Shown in pieces: positions 1 through 12,600 of a DNA stretch of 64,000 bases. The DNA is taken from assembly GCA_964057225.1 (NCBI GenBank), contig OZ059896.1, forward strand, positions 11,780,001 to 11,844,000, given 5' to 3'. Origin of the DNA: Auanema rhodensis. Lineage: Eukaryota > Animalia > Nematoda. The stretch's first letter is position 1; the number at the start of each line of letters is the position of its first letter. A model generated the notes under the pieces. That model made no database searches, had not been told where the DNA came from, and was given only the letters and a program-made list of their open reading frames with translations. The position numbers and the translations under genes are program-made.

Positions 1-379
1 TATGGAATTAAATGAAAGAGATGGAGTGAAATGGTTTAGAAAATACAAAATATTTAAATGTTTCAGTTTTGATCATCACAATATTGAAATTCAAGTGTTT
101 TTTAATGATTAAAAATTTTAAGAATGAAATTATGAAATAGTGGTAAAAATATAAAATTGTTTAAAATATGGGATTAAATAAAAGAGATGGAGTGAAATGG
201 TTTAGAAAATATAAAATATTTAAATGTTCCAGTTTTTGAGCATCACAATATTGAAATTCAAGTGTTTTTTAATGATTAAAAATTTTAAGAATGAAATTAT
301 GAAATAGTGGTAAAAATATAAAATTGTTTAAAATATGGGATTAAATAAAAGAGATGGAGTGAAATGGTTTAGAAAATAC

Positions 380-435
380 AAAATATTTAAATGTTTCAGT
401 TTTTGAGCATCACAATACTGAAATTTAAATGTTTT
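380..435. other. Intra-monomer inverted repeat (potential hairpin/cruciform), present in essentially every monomer at monomer positions about 47-102
   Basis: AAAATATTTAAA (380-391) pairs with TTTAAATGTTTT (424-435) with one T.G. TTTCAGT (394-400) pairs with ACTGAAA (417-423). TT (402-403) pairs with AA (414-415). TGA (404-406) pairs with TCA (410-412) around a GCA loop. About 24 pairs in 56 nt. Confidence 0.8.
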
Positions 436-500
436 TTAATGATTAAAAATTTGAAAAATGAAATTATGAAATAGTGGTAAAAATATAAAATTGTATAAAA

Positions 501-667
501 TATGGGATTAAATAAAATAGATGGAGTGAAATGGTTTAGAAAATACAAAATATTTAAATGTTTCAGTTTTTGAGCATCACAATATTAAAATTTAAGTGTT
601 TTTTAATGATTAAAAATTTGAAAAATGAAATTATGAAATAGTGGTAAAAATATAAAATTGTTTAAAA
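501..667 (+). repeat. Representative single 167-bp monomer
   Basis: Runs from TATGGG at 501 to TTTAAAA at 667; the next TATGGG starts at 668. Confidence 0.97.
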
Positions 668-3600
668 TATGGGATTAAATAAAAGAGATGGAGTGAAATG
701 GTTTAGAAAATACAAAATATTTAAATGTTTCAGTTTTTGAGCATCACAATACTGAAATTTAAATGTTTTTCAATGATTAAAATAATAAAAAATGAAATTA
801 TGAAATTGTGGTAGAAATATAAAATTGTTTAAAATATGGGATTAAATAAAATAGATGGAGTGAAATGGTTTAGAAAATACAAAATATTTGAATGTTTCAG
901 TTTTTGATCATCACAATATTGAAATTTAAATGTTTTTTAATGATTAAAAATTTGAAAAATGAAATTATGAAATTGTGGTAGAAATATAAAATTGTTTAAA
1001 ATATGGAATTAAATGAAAGAGATGGAGTGAAATGGTTTAGAAAATACAAAATATTTAAATGTTTCAGTTTTGATCATCACAATATTAAAATTTAAATGTT
1101 TTTTAATAATTAAAAATTTAAAAAATAAGATTATGAAATAGTGGTAAAAATATAAAATTGTTTAAAATATGGGATTAAATAAAATAGATGGAGTGAAATG
1201 GTTTAGAAAATACAAAATATTTGAATGTTTCAGTTTTTGAGCATCACAATATTAAAATTTAAATGTTTTTTAATGATTGAAAATTTAAAAAATGAAATTA
1301 TGAAATTGTGGTAGAATTAAAAAATTGTATAAAATATGGGATTAAATAAAATAGATGGAGTGAAATGGTTTAGAAAATACAAAAAATTTAAATGTTTCAG
1401 TTTTTGAGCATCACAATACTGAAATTTAAATGTTTTTCAATGATTAAAATATTAAAAAATGAAATTATGAAATAGTGGTAAAAATATAAAATTGTTTAAA
1501 ATATGGGATTAAATAAAAGAGATGGAGTGAAATGGTTTAGAAAATATAAAATATTTAAATGTTCCAGTTTTTGAGCATCACAATATTGAAATTTAAGTGT
1601 TTTTTAATGATTAAAAATTTTAAGAATGAAATTATGAAATAGTGGTAAAAATATAAAATTGTTTAAAATATGGGATTAAATAAAAGAGATGGAGTGAAAT
1701 GGTTTAGAAAATACAAAATATTTAAATGTTTCAGTTTTTGATCATCACAATATTGAAATTTAAATGTTTTTTAATAATTAAAAATTTAAGAATTTAAAAA
1801 ATGAAATTATGAAATAGTGGTGAAAATATAAAATTGTTTAAAATATGGGATTAAATAAAAGAGATGGAGTGAAATGGTTTAGAAAAAACAAAATATTTAA
1901 ATGTTTCAGTTTTTGAGCATCACAGTATTCAAAATTTAAATGTTTTTTAATGATGAAAAATTTAAGAATGAAATTATGAAATAGTGGTAGAATTAAAAAA
2001 TTGTATAAAATATGGGATTAAATAAAATAGATGGAGTGAAATGGTTTAGAAAATACAAAAAATTTAAATGTTTCAGTTTTTGAGCATCACAATACTGAAA
2101 TTTAAATGTTTTTCAATGATTAAAATATTAAAAAATGAAATTATGAAATAGTGGTAAAAATATAAAATTGTTTAAAATATGGGATTAAATAAAAGAGATG
2201 GAGTGAAATGGTTTAGAAAATATAAAATATTTAAATGTTCCAGTTTTTGAGCATCACAATATTGAAATTTAAGTGTTTTTTAATGATTAAAAATTTTAAG
2301 AATGAAATTATGAAATAGTGGTAAAAATATAAAATTGTTTAAAATATGGGATTAAATAAAAGAGATGGAGTGAAATGGTTTAGAAAATACAAAATATTTG
2401 AATGTTTCAGTTTTTGAGCATCACAATATTAAAATTTAAATGTTTTTTAATGATTGAAAATTTAAAAAATGAAATTATGAAATTGTGGTAGAATTAAAAA
2501 ATTGTATAAAATATGGGATTAAATAAAATAGATGGAGTGAAATGGTTTAGAAAATACAAAAAATTTAAATGTTTCAGTTTTTGAGCATCACAATACTGAA
2601 ATTTAAATGTTTTTCAATGATTAAAATATTAAAAAATGAAATTATGAAATAGTGGTAAAAATATAAAATTGTTTAAAATATGGGATTAAATAAAAGAGAT
2701 GGAGTGAAATGGTTTAGAAAATATAAAATATTTAAATGTTCCAGTTTTTGAGCATCACAATATTGAAATTTAAGTGTTTTTTAATGATTAAAAATTTTAA
2801 GAATGAAATTATGAAATAGTGGTAAAAATATAAAATTGTTTAAAATATGGGATTAAATAAAAGAGATGGAGTGAAATGGTTTAGAAAATACAAAATATTT
2901 AAATGTTTCAGTTTTTGATCATCACAATATTGAAATTTAAATGTTTTTTAATAATTAAAAATTTAAGAATTTAAAAAATGAAATTATGAAATAGTGGTGA
3001 AAATATAAAATTGTTTAAAATATGGGATTAAATAAAAGAGATGGAGTGAAATGGTTTAGAAAAAACAAAATATTTAAATGTTTCAGTTTTTGAGCATCAC
3101 AGTATTCAAAATTTAAATGTTTTTTAATGATGAAAAATTTAAGAATGAAATTATGAAATAGTGGTAGAATTATGAAATTGTTTAAAATATGGAATTAAAT
3201 AAAATAGATGTAGTGAAATGGTTTAGAAAATACAAAATATTTAAATGTTTCAGTTTTTGAGCATCACAATATTGAAATTTAAATGTTTTTTAATGATTAA
3301 AAATTTGAAAAATGAAATTATGAAATAGTGGTAAAAATATAAAATTGTTTAAAATATGGGATTAAATAAAAGAGATGGAGTGAAATGGTTTAGAAAATAC
3401 AAAATATTTAAATGTTTCAGTTTTGATCATCACAATATTAAAATTTAAATGTTTTTTAATAATTAAAAAGTTAAAAAATAAGATTATGAAATAGTGGTAA
3501 AAATATAAAATTGTTTAAAATATGGGATTAAATAAAATAGATGGAGTGAAATGGTTTAGAAAATACAAAATATTTAAATGTTTCAGTTTTTGAGCATCAC

Positions 3601-6600
3601 AATATTGAAATTTAAATGTTTTTTAATGTTTAAAAATTTTAAGAATGAAATTATGAAATAGTGGTAAAAATATAAAATTGTTTAAAATATGGGATTAAAT
3701 AAAATAGATGGAGTGAAATGGTTTAGAAAATACAAAATATTTAAATGTTTCAGTTTTTGAGCATCACAATATTGAAATTTAAATGTTTTTCAATGATTAA
3801 AATATTAAAAAATGAAATTATGAAATTGTGGTAGAAATATAAAATTGTTTAAAATATGGAATTAAATAAAAGAGATAGAGTGAAATGGTTTAGAAAATAC
3901 AAAATATTTAAATGTTTCAGTTTTTGAGCATCACAATATTGAAATTTAAATGTTTTTTAATGATTAAAAATTTGAAAAATGAAATTATGAAATTGTGGTA
4001 GAAATATAAAATTGTTTAAAATATGGAATTAAATAAAAGAGATGGAGTGAAATGGTTTAGAAAATATAAAATATTTAAATGTTTCAGTTTTTGATCATCA
4101 CAATATTGAAATTTAAATGTTTTTTAATAATTAAAAATTTAAAAATTTAAAAAATGAAATTATGAAATAGTGGTAACAATATAAAATTGTTTAAAATATG
4201 GGATTAAATAAAAGAGATGGAGTGAAATGGTTTAGAAAATACAAAATATTTAAATGTTTCAGTTTTTGAGCATCACAATATTGAAATTTAAATGTTTTTT
4301 AATGTTTAAAAATTTTAAGAATGAAATTATGAAATAGTGGTAAAAATATAAAATTGTTTAAAATATGAGATTAAATAAAAGAGATGGAGTGAAATGGTTT
4401 AGAAAATACAAAATATTTGAATGTTTCAGTTTTTGATCATCACAATATTGAAATTTAAATGTTTTTTAATAATTAAAAATTTAAAAATTTAAAAAATGAA
4501 ATTATGAAATTGTGGTAGAATTAAAAATTGTATAAAATATGGGATTAAATAAAATAGATGGAGTGAAATGGTTTAGAAAATACAAAATATTTAAATGTTT
4601 CAGTTTTTGAGCATCACAATACTGAAATTTAAATGTTTTTCAATGATTAAAATATTAAAAAATGAAATTATGAAATAGTGGTAGAAATATAAAATTGTTT
4701 AAAATATGGAATTGAATAAAAGAGATGGAGTGAAATGGTTTAGAAAATACAAAATATTTAAATGTTTCAGTTTTTGAGCATCACAATACTGAAATTTAAA
4801 TGTTTTTCAATGATTAAAATATTAAAAAATGAAATTATGAAATAGTGGTAGAAATATAAAATTGTTTAAAATATGGAATTAAATAAAAGAGATGGAGTGA
4901 AATGGTTTAGAAAAAACAAAATATTTGAATGTTTCAGTTTTTGATCATCACAATATTGAAATTTAAATGTTTTTTAATGATTGAAAATTTAAAAAATGAA
5001 ATTATGAAATTGTGGTAGAATTAAAAAATTGTATAAAATATGGGATTAAATAAAATAGATAGAGTGAAATGGTTTAGAAAATACAAAATATTTAAATGTT
5101 TCAGTTTTTGAGCATCACAATATTGAAATTTAAATGTTTTTCAATGATTAAAATATTAAAAAATGAAATTATGAAATTGTGGTAGAAATATAAAATTGTT
5201 TAAAATATGGGATTAAATAAAATAGATGGAGTGAAATGGTTTAGAAAATACAAAATATTTAAATGTTTCAGTTTTTGAGCATCACAATATTGAAATTTAA
5301 ATGTTTTTCAATGATTAAAAATTTAAAAATGAAATTATAAAATTGTGGTAGAAATATAAAATTGTATAAAATATGGGATTAAATAAAAGAGATGGAGTGA
5401 AATGGTTTAGAAAATATAAAATATTTAAATGTTTCAGTTTTGATCATCACAATATTGAAATTCAAGTGTTTTTTAATGATTAAAAATTTTAAGAATGAAG
5501 TTATGAAATAGTGGTAAAAATATAAAATTGTTTAAAATATGGGATTAAATAAAAGAGATGGAGTGAAATGGTTTAGAAAATATAAAATATTTAAATGTTC
5601 CAGTTTTTGAGCATCACAATATTGAAATTCAAGTGTTTTTTAATGATTAAAAATTTTAAGAATGAAATTATGAAATAGTGGTAAAAATATAAAATTGTTT
5701 AAAATATGGGATTAAATAAAAGAGATGGAGTGAAATGGTTTAGAAAATACAAAATATTTAAATGTTTCAGTTTTTGAGCATCACAATACTGAAATTTAAA
5801 TGTTTTTCAATGATTAAAATATTAAAAAATGAAATTATGAAATAGTGGTAAAAATATAAAATTGTTTAAAATATGGGATTAAATAAAAGAGATGGAGTGA
5901 AATGGTTTAGAAAATATAAAATATTTAAATGTTCCAGTTTTTGAGCATCACAATATTGAAATTCAAGTGTTTTTTAATGATTAAAAATTTTAAGAATGAA
6001 ATTATGAAATAGTGGTAAAAATATAAAATTGTTTAAAATATGGGATTAAATAAAAGAGATGGAGTGAAATGGTTTAGAAAATACAAAATATTTAAATGTT
6101 TCAGTTTTTGATCATCACAATATTGAAATTTAAATGTTTTTTAATAATTAAAAATTTAAGAATTTAAAAAATGAAATTATGAAATAGTGGTGAAAATATA
6201 AAATTGTTTAAAATATGGGATTAAATAAAAGAGATGGAGTGAAATGGTTTAGAAAAAACAAAATATTTAAATGTTTCAGTTTTTGAGCATCACAGTATTC
6301 AAAATTTAAATGTTTTTTAATGATGAAAAATTTAAGAATGAAATTATGAAATAGTGGTAGAATTATGAAATTGTTTAAAATATGGAATTAAATAAAATAG
6401 ATGTAGTGAAATGGTTTAGAAAATACAAAATATTTAAATGTTTCAGTTTTTGAGCATCACAATATTGAAATTTAAATGTTTTTTAATGATTAAAAATTTG
6501 AAAAATGAAATTATGAAATAGTGGTAAAAATATAAAATTGTATAAAATATGGGATTAAATAAAATAGATGGAGTGAAATGGTTTAGAAAATACAAAATAT

Positions 6601-9600
6601 TTAAATGTTTCAGTTTTTGAGCATCACAATATTAAAATTTAAGTGTTTTTTAATGATTAAAAATTTGAAAAATGAAATTATGAAATAGTGGTAAAAATAT
6701 AAAATTGTTTAAAATATGGGATTAAATAAAAGAGATGGAGTGAAATGGTTTAGAAAATACAAAATATTTAAATGTTTCAGTTTTTGAGCATCACAATACT
6801 GAAATTTAAATGTTTTTCAATGATTAAAATAATAAAAAATGAAATTATGAAATTGTGGTAGAAATATAAAATTGTTTAAAATATGGGATTAAATAAAATA
6901 GATGGAGTGAAATGGTTTAGAAAATACAAAATATTTGAATGTTTCAGTTTTTGATCATCACAATATTGAAATTTAAATGTTTTTTAATGATTAAAAATTT
7001 GAAAAATGAAATTATGAAATTGTGGTAGAAATATAAAATTGTTTAAAATATGGAATTAAATGAAAGAGATGGAGTGAAATGGTTTAGAAAATACAAAATA
7101 TTTAAATGTTTCAGTTTTGATCATCACAATATTAAAATTTAAATGTTTTTTAATAATTAAAAATTTAAAAAATAAGATTATGAAATAGTGGTAAAAATAT
7201 AAAATTGTTTAAAATATGGGATTAAATAAAATAGATGGAGTGAAATGGTTTAGAAAATACAAAATATTTGAATGTTTCAGTTTTTGAGCATCACAATATT
7301 AAAATTTAAATGTTTTTTAATGATTGAAAATTTAAAAAATGAAATTATGAAATTGTGGTAGAATTAAAAAATTGTATAAAATATGGGATTAAATAAAATA
7401 GATGGAGTGAAATGGTTTAGAAAATACAAAAAATTTAAATGTTTCAGTTTTTGAGCATCACAATACTGAAATTTAAATGTTTTTCAATGATTAAAATATT
7501 AAAAAATGAAATTATGAAATAGTGGTAAAAATATAAAATTGTTTAAAATATGGGATTAAATAAAAGAGATGGAGTGAAATGGTTTAGAAAATATAAAATA
7601 TTTAAATGTTCCAGTTTTTGAGCATCACAATATTGAAATTTAAGTGTTTTTTAATGATTAAAAATTTTAAGAATGAAATTATGAAATAGTGGTAAAAATA
7701 TAAAATTGTTTAAAATATGGGATTAAATAAAAGAGATGGAGTGAAATGGTTTAGAAAATACAAAATATTTAAATGTTTCAGTTTTTGATCATCACAATAT
7801 TGAAATTTAAATGTTTTTTAATAATTAAAAATTTAAGAATTTAAAAAATGAAATTATGAAATAGTGGTGAAAATATAAAATTGTTTAAAATATGGGATTA
7901 AATAAAAGAGATGGAGTGAAATGGTTTAGAAAAAACAAAATATTTAAATGTTTCAGTTTTTGAGCATCACAGTATTCAAAATTTAAATGTTTTTTAATGA
8001 TGAAAAATTTAAGAATGAAATTATGAAATAGTGGTAGAATTATGAAATTGTTTAAAATATGGAATTAAATAAAATAGATGTAGTGAAATGGTTTAGAAAA
8101 TACAAAATATTTAAATGTTTCAGTTTTTGAGCATCACAATATTGAAATTTAAATGTTTTTTAATGATTAAAAATTTGAAAAATGAAATTATGAAATAGTG
8201 GTAAAAATATAAAATTGTTTAAAATATGGGATTAAATAAAAGAGATGGAGTGAAATGGTTTAGAAAATACAAAATATTTAAATGTTTCAGTTTTGATCAT
8301 CACAATATTAAAATTTAAATGTTTTTTAATAATTAAAAAGTTAAAAAATAAGATTATGAAATAGTGGTAAAAATATAAAATTGTTTAAAATATGGGATTA
8401 AATAAAATAGATGGAGTGAAATGGTTTAGAAAATACAAAATATTTAAATGTTTCAGTTTTTGAGCATCACAATATTGAAATTTAAATGTTTTTTAATGTT
8501 TAAAAATTTTAAGAATGAAATTATGAAATAGTGGTAAAAATATAAAATTGTTTAAAATATGGGATTAAATAAAATAGATGGAGTGAAATGGTTTAGAAAA
8601 TACAAAATATTTAAATGTTTCAGTTTTTGAGCATCACAATATTGAAATTTAAATGTTTTTCAATGATTAAAATATTAAAAAATGAAATTATGAAATTGTG
8701 GTAGAAATATAAAATTGTTTAAAATATGGAATTAAATAAAAGAGATAGAGTGAAATGGTTTAGAAAATACAAAATATTTAAATGTTTCAGTTTTTGAGCA
8801 TCACAATATTGAAATTTAAATGTTTTTTAATGATTAAAAATTTGAAAAATGAAATTATGAAATTGTGGTAGAAATATAAAATTGTTTAAAATATGGAATT
8901 AAATAAAAGAGATGGAGTGAAATGGTTTAGAAAATATAAAATATTTAAATGTTTCAGTTTTTGATCATCACAATATTGAAATTTAAATGTTTTTTAATAA
9001 TTAAAAATTTAAAAATTTAAAAAATGAAATTATGAAATAGTGGTAACAATATAAAATTGTTTAAAATATGGGATTAAATAAAAGAGATGGAGTGAAATGG
9101 TTTAGAAAATACAAAATATTTAAATGTTTCAGTTTTTGAGCATCACAATATTGAAATTTAAATGTTTTTTAATGTTTAAAAATTTTAAGAATGAAATTAT
9201 GAAATAGTGGTAAAAATATAAAATTGTTTAAAATATGAGATTAAATAAAAGAGATGGAGTGAAATGGTTTAGAAAATACAAAATATTTGAATGTTTCAGT
9301 TTTTGATCATCACAATATTGAAATTTAAATGTTTTTTAATAATTAAAAATTTAAAAATTTAAAAAATGAAATTATGAAATTGTGGTAGAATTAAAAATTG
9401 TATAAAATATGGGATTAAATAAAATAGATGGAGTGAAATGGTTTAGAAAATACAAAATATTTAAATGTTTCAGTTTTTGAGCATCACAATACTGAAATTT
9501 AAATGTTTTTCAATGATTAAAATATTAAAAAATGAAATTATGAAATAGTGGTAGAAATATAAAATTGTTTAAAATATGGAATTGAATAAAAGAGATGGAG

Positions 9601-12600
9601 TGAAATGGTTTAGAAAATACAAAATATTTAAATGTTTCAGTTTTTGAGCATCACAATACTGAAATTTAAATGTTTTTCAATGATTAAAATATTAAAAAAT
9701 GAAATTATGAAATAGTGGTAGAAATATAAAATTGTTTAAAATATGGAATTAAATAAAAGAGATGGAGTGAAATGGTTTAGAAAAAACAAAATATTTGAAT
9801 GTTTCAGTTTTTGATCATCACAATATTGAAATTTAAATGTTTTTTAATGATTGAAAATTTAAAAAATGAAATTATGAAATTGTGGTAGAATTAAACAATT
9901 GTATAAAATATGGGATTAAATAAAATAGATAGAGTGAAATGGTTTAGAAAATACAAAATATTTAAATGTTTCAGTTTTTGAGCATCACAATATTGAAATT
10001 TAAATGTTTTTTAATGATTAAAAATTTGAAAAATGAAATTATGAAATTGTGGTAGAAATATAAAATTGTTTAAAATATGGGATTAAATAAAATAGATGGA
10101 GTGAAATGGTTTAGAAAATACAAAATATTTGAATGTTTCAGTTTTGATCATCACAATATTAAAATTTAAATGTTTTTTAATAATTAAAAATTTGAAAAAT
10201 GAAATTATGAAATTGTGGTAGAAATATAAAATTGTTTAAAATATGGGATTAAATAAAATAGATGGAGTGAAATGGTTTAGAAAATACAAAATATTTGAAT
10301 GTTTCAGTTTTGATCATCACAATATTAAAATTTAAATGTTTTTTAATGATTGAAAATTTAAAAAATGAAATTATGAAATTGTGGTAGAATTAAAAAATTG
10401 TATAAGATATGGGATTAAATAAAATAGATAGAGTGAAATGGTTTAGAAAATACAAAATATTTAAATGTTTCAGTTTTTGAGCATCACAATATTGAAATTT
10501 AAATGTTTTTTAATGATTAAAAATTTAAGAATGAAATTATGAAATAGTGGTAGAATTATGAAATTGTTTAAAATATGGGATTAAATAAAATAGATGGAGT
10601 GAAATGGTTTAGAAAATACAAAATATTTGAATGTTTCAGTTTTTGATCATCACAATATTGAAATTTAAATGTTTTTTAATGATTAAAAATTTGAAAAATG
10701 AAATTATGAAATTGTGGTAGAAATATAAAATTGTTTAAAATATGGGATTAAATAAAATAGATGGAGTGAAATGGTTTAGAAAATACAAAATATTTGAATG
10801 TTTCAGTTTTTGAGCATCACAATATTGAAATTTAAATGTTTTTTAATGATTGAAAATTTAAAAAATGAAATTATGAAATTGTGGTAGAATTAAAAAATTG
10901 TATAAAATATGGGATTAAATAAAATAGATAGAGTGAAATGGTTTAGAAAATACAAAATATTTAAATGTTTCAGTTTTTGAGCATCACAATATTGAAATTT
11001 AAATGTTTTTTAATGATTAAAAATTTAAGAATGAAATTATGAAATAGTGGTAGAATTATGAAATTGTTTAAAATATGGGATTAAATAAAATAGATGGAGT
11101 GAAATGGTTTAGAAAATACAAAATATTTGAATGTTTCAGTTTTTGATCATCACAATATTGAAATTTAAATGTTTTTTAATGATTAAAAATTTGAAAAATG
11201 AAATTATGAAATTGTGGTAGAAATATAAAATTGTTTAAAATATGGGATTAAATAAAATAGATGGAGTGAAATGGTTTAGAAAATACAAAATATTTGAATG
11301 TTTCAGTTTTGATCATCACAATATTAAAATTTAAATGTTTTTTAATAATTAAAAATTTAAAAAATAAGATTATGAAATAGTGGTAAAAATATAAAATTGT
11401 TTAAAATATGGGATTAAATAAAATAGATGGAGTGAAATGGTTTAGAAAATACAAAATATTTGAATGTTTCAGTTTTTGAGCATCACAATATTAAAATTTA
11501 AATGTTTTTTAATGATTGAAAATTTAAAAAATGAAATTATGAAATTGTGGTAGAATTAAAAAATTGTATAAAATATGGGATTAAATAAAATAGATGGAGT
11601 GAAATGGTTTAGAAAATACAAAATATTTAAATGTTCCAGTTTTTGAGCATCACAATACTGAAATTTAAATGTTTTTTCAATGATTAAAATATTAAAAAAT
11701 GAAATTATGAAATAGTGGTAAAAATATAAAATTGTTTAAAATATGGGATTAAATAAAAGAGATGGAGTGAAATGGTTTAGAAAATATAAAATATTTAAAT
11801 GTTCCAGTTTTTGAGCATCACAATATTGAAATTTAAGTGTTTTTTAATGATTAAAAATTTTAAGAATGAAATTATGAAATAGTGGTAAAAATATAAAATT
11901 GTTTAAAATATGGGATTAAATAAAAGAGATGGAGTGAAATGGTTTAGAAAATACAAAATATTTAAATGTTTCAGTTTTTGATCATCACAATATTGAAATT
12001 TTAATTTTTTTTAATAATTAAAAATTTAAGAATTTAAAAAATGAAATTATGAAATAGTGGTGAAAATATAAAATTGTTTAAAATATGGGATTAATTAAAA
12101 GAGATGGAGTGAAATGTTTTAGAAAATACAAAATATTTAAATGTTTCAGTTTTGATCATCACAATATTAAAATTTAAATGTTTTTTAATAATTAAAAAGT
12201 TAAAAAATAAGATTATGAAATAGTGGTAAAAATATAAAATTGTTTAAAATATGGAATTAAATAAAAGAGATAGAGTGAAATGGTTTAGAAAATACAAAAT
12301 ATTTAAATGTTTCAGTTTTTGAGCATCACAATATTGAAATTTAAATGTTTTTTAATGATTAAAAATTTAAAAAATGAAATTATAAAATAGTGGTAGAATC
12401 ATAAAATTGTTTAAAATATGGGATTAAATAAAATAGATGGAGTGAAATGGTTTAGAAAATACAAAATATTCAACTGTTTCAGTTTTTGAGCATCACAATA
12501 TTGAAAATTAAATGTTTTTTAATGATTAAAAATTCAAAAATGAAATTATGAAATTGTGGTAGAACTATAAAATTGTTTAAAATATGGGATTAAATAAACT

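Larger units (their letters stand above)
1..12100 (+). repeat. Satellite domain A (subfamily 1 variants)
   Basis: Carries TTCCAG, TT(T/C)AAGTG, GATGTAG, TGATGAAAA, CACAGTATTC and TACAAAAAATTT. Lacks CAACTG, ATGCTTT and TTACAG. Confidence 0.8.

Noticed and set aside
63-79. Box C/D or kink-turn-like motif on the minus strand (GTGATGA or GTGATGC, 6-7 nt, CTGA)
   Set aside because: The flanking stem needed for a K-turn is only 1-2 bp, there is no room for a guide sequence, the perfect C box exists only in the GATC minority variant, and the segment is already explained by the larger inverted repeat.
380-435. Satellite-encoded hammerhead ribozyme
   Set aside because: The CTGANGA core is absent on both strands (only CTGAAAT and CTGAAAC occur), and no three-stem junction is apparent.
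380-440. Rho-independent terminator (hairpin followed by a T-run)
   Set aside because: The stem is AT-rich, the T-run is part of the stem, and there is no gene context or sign of bacterial origin.
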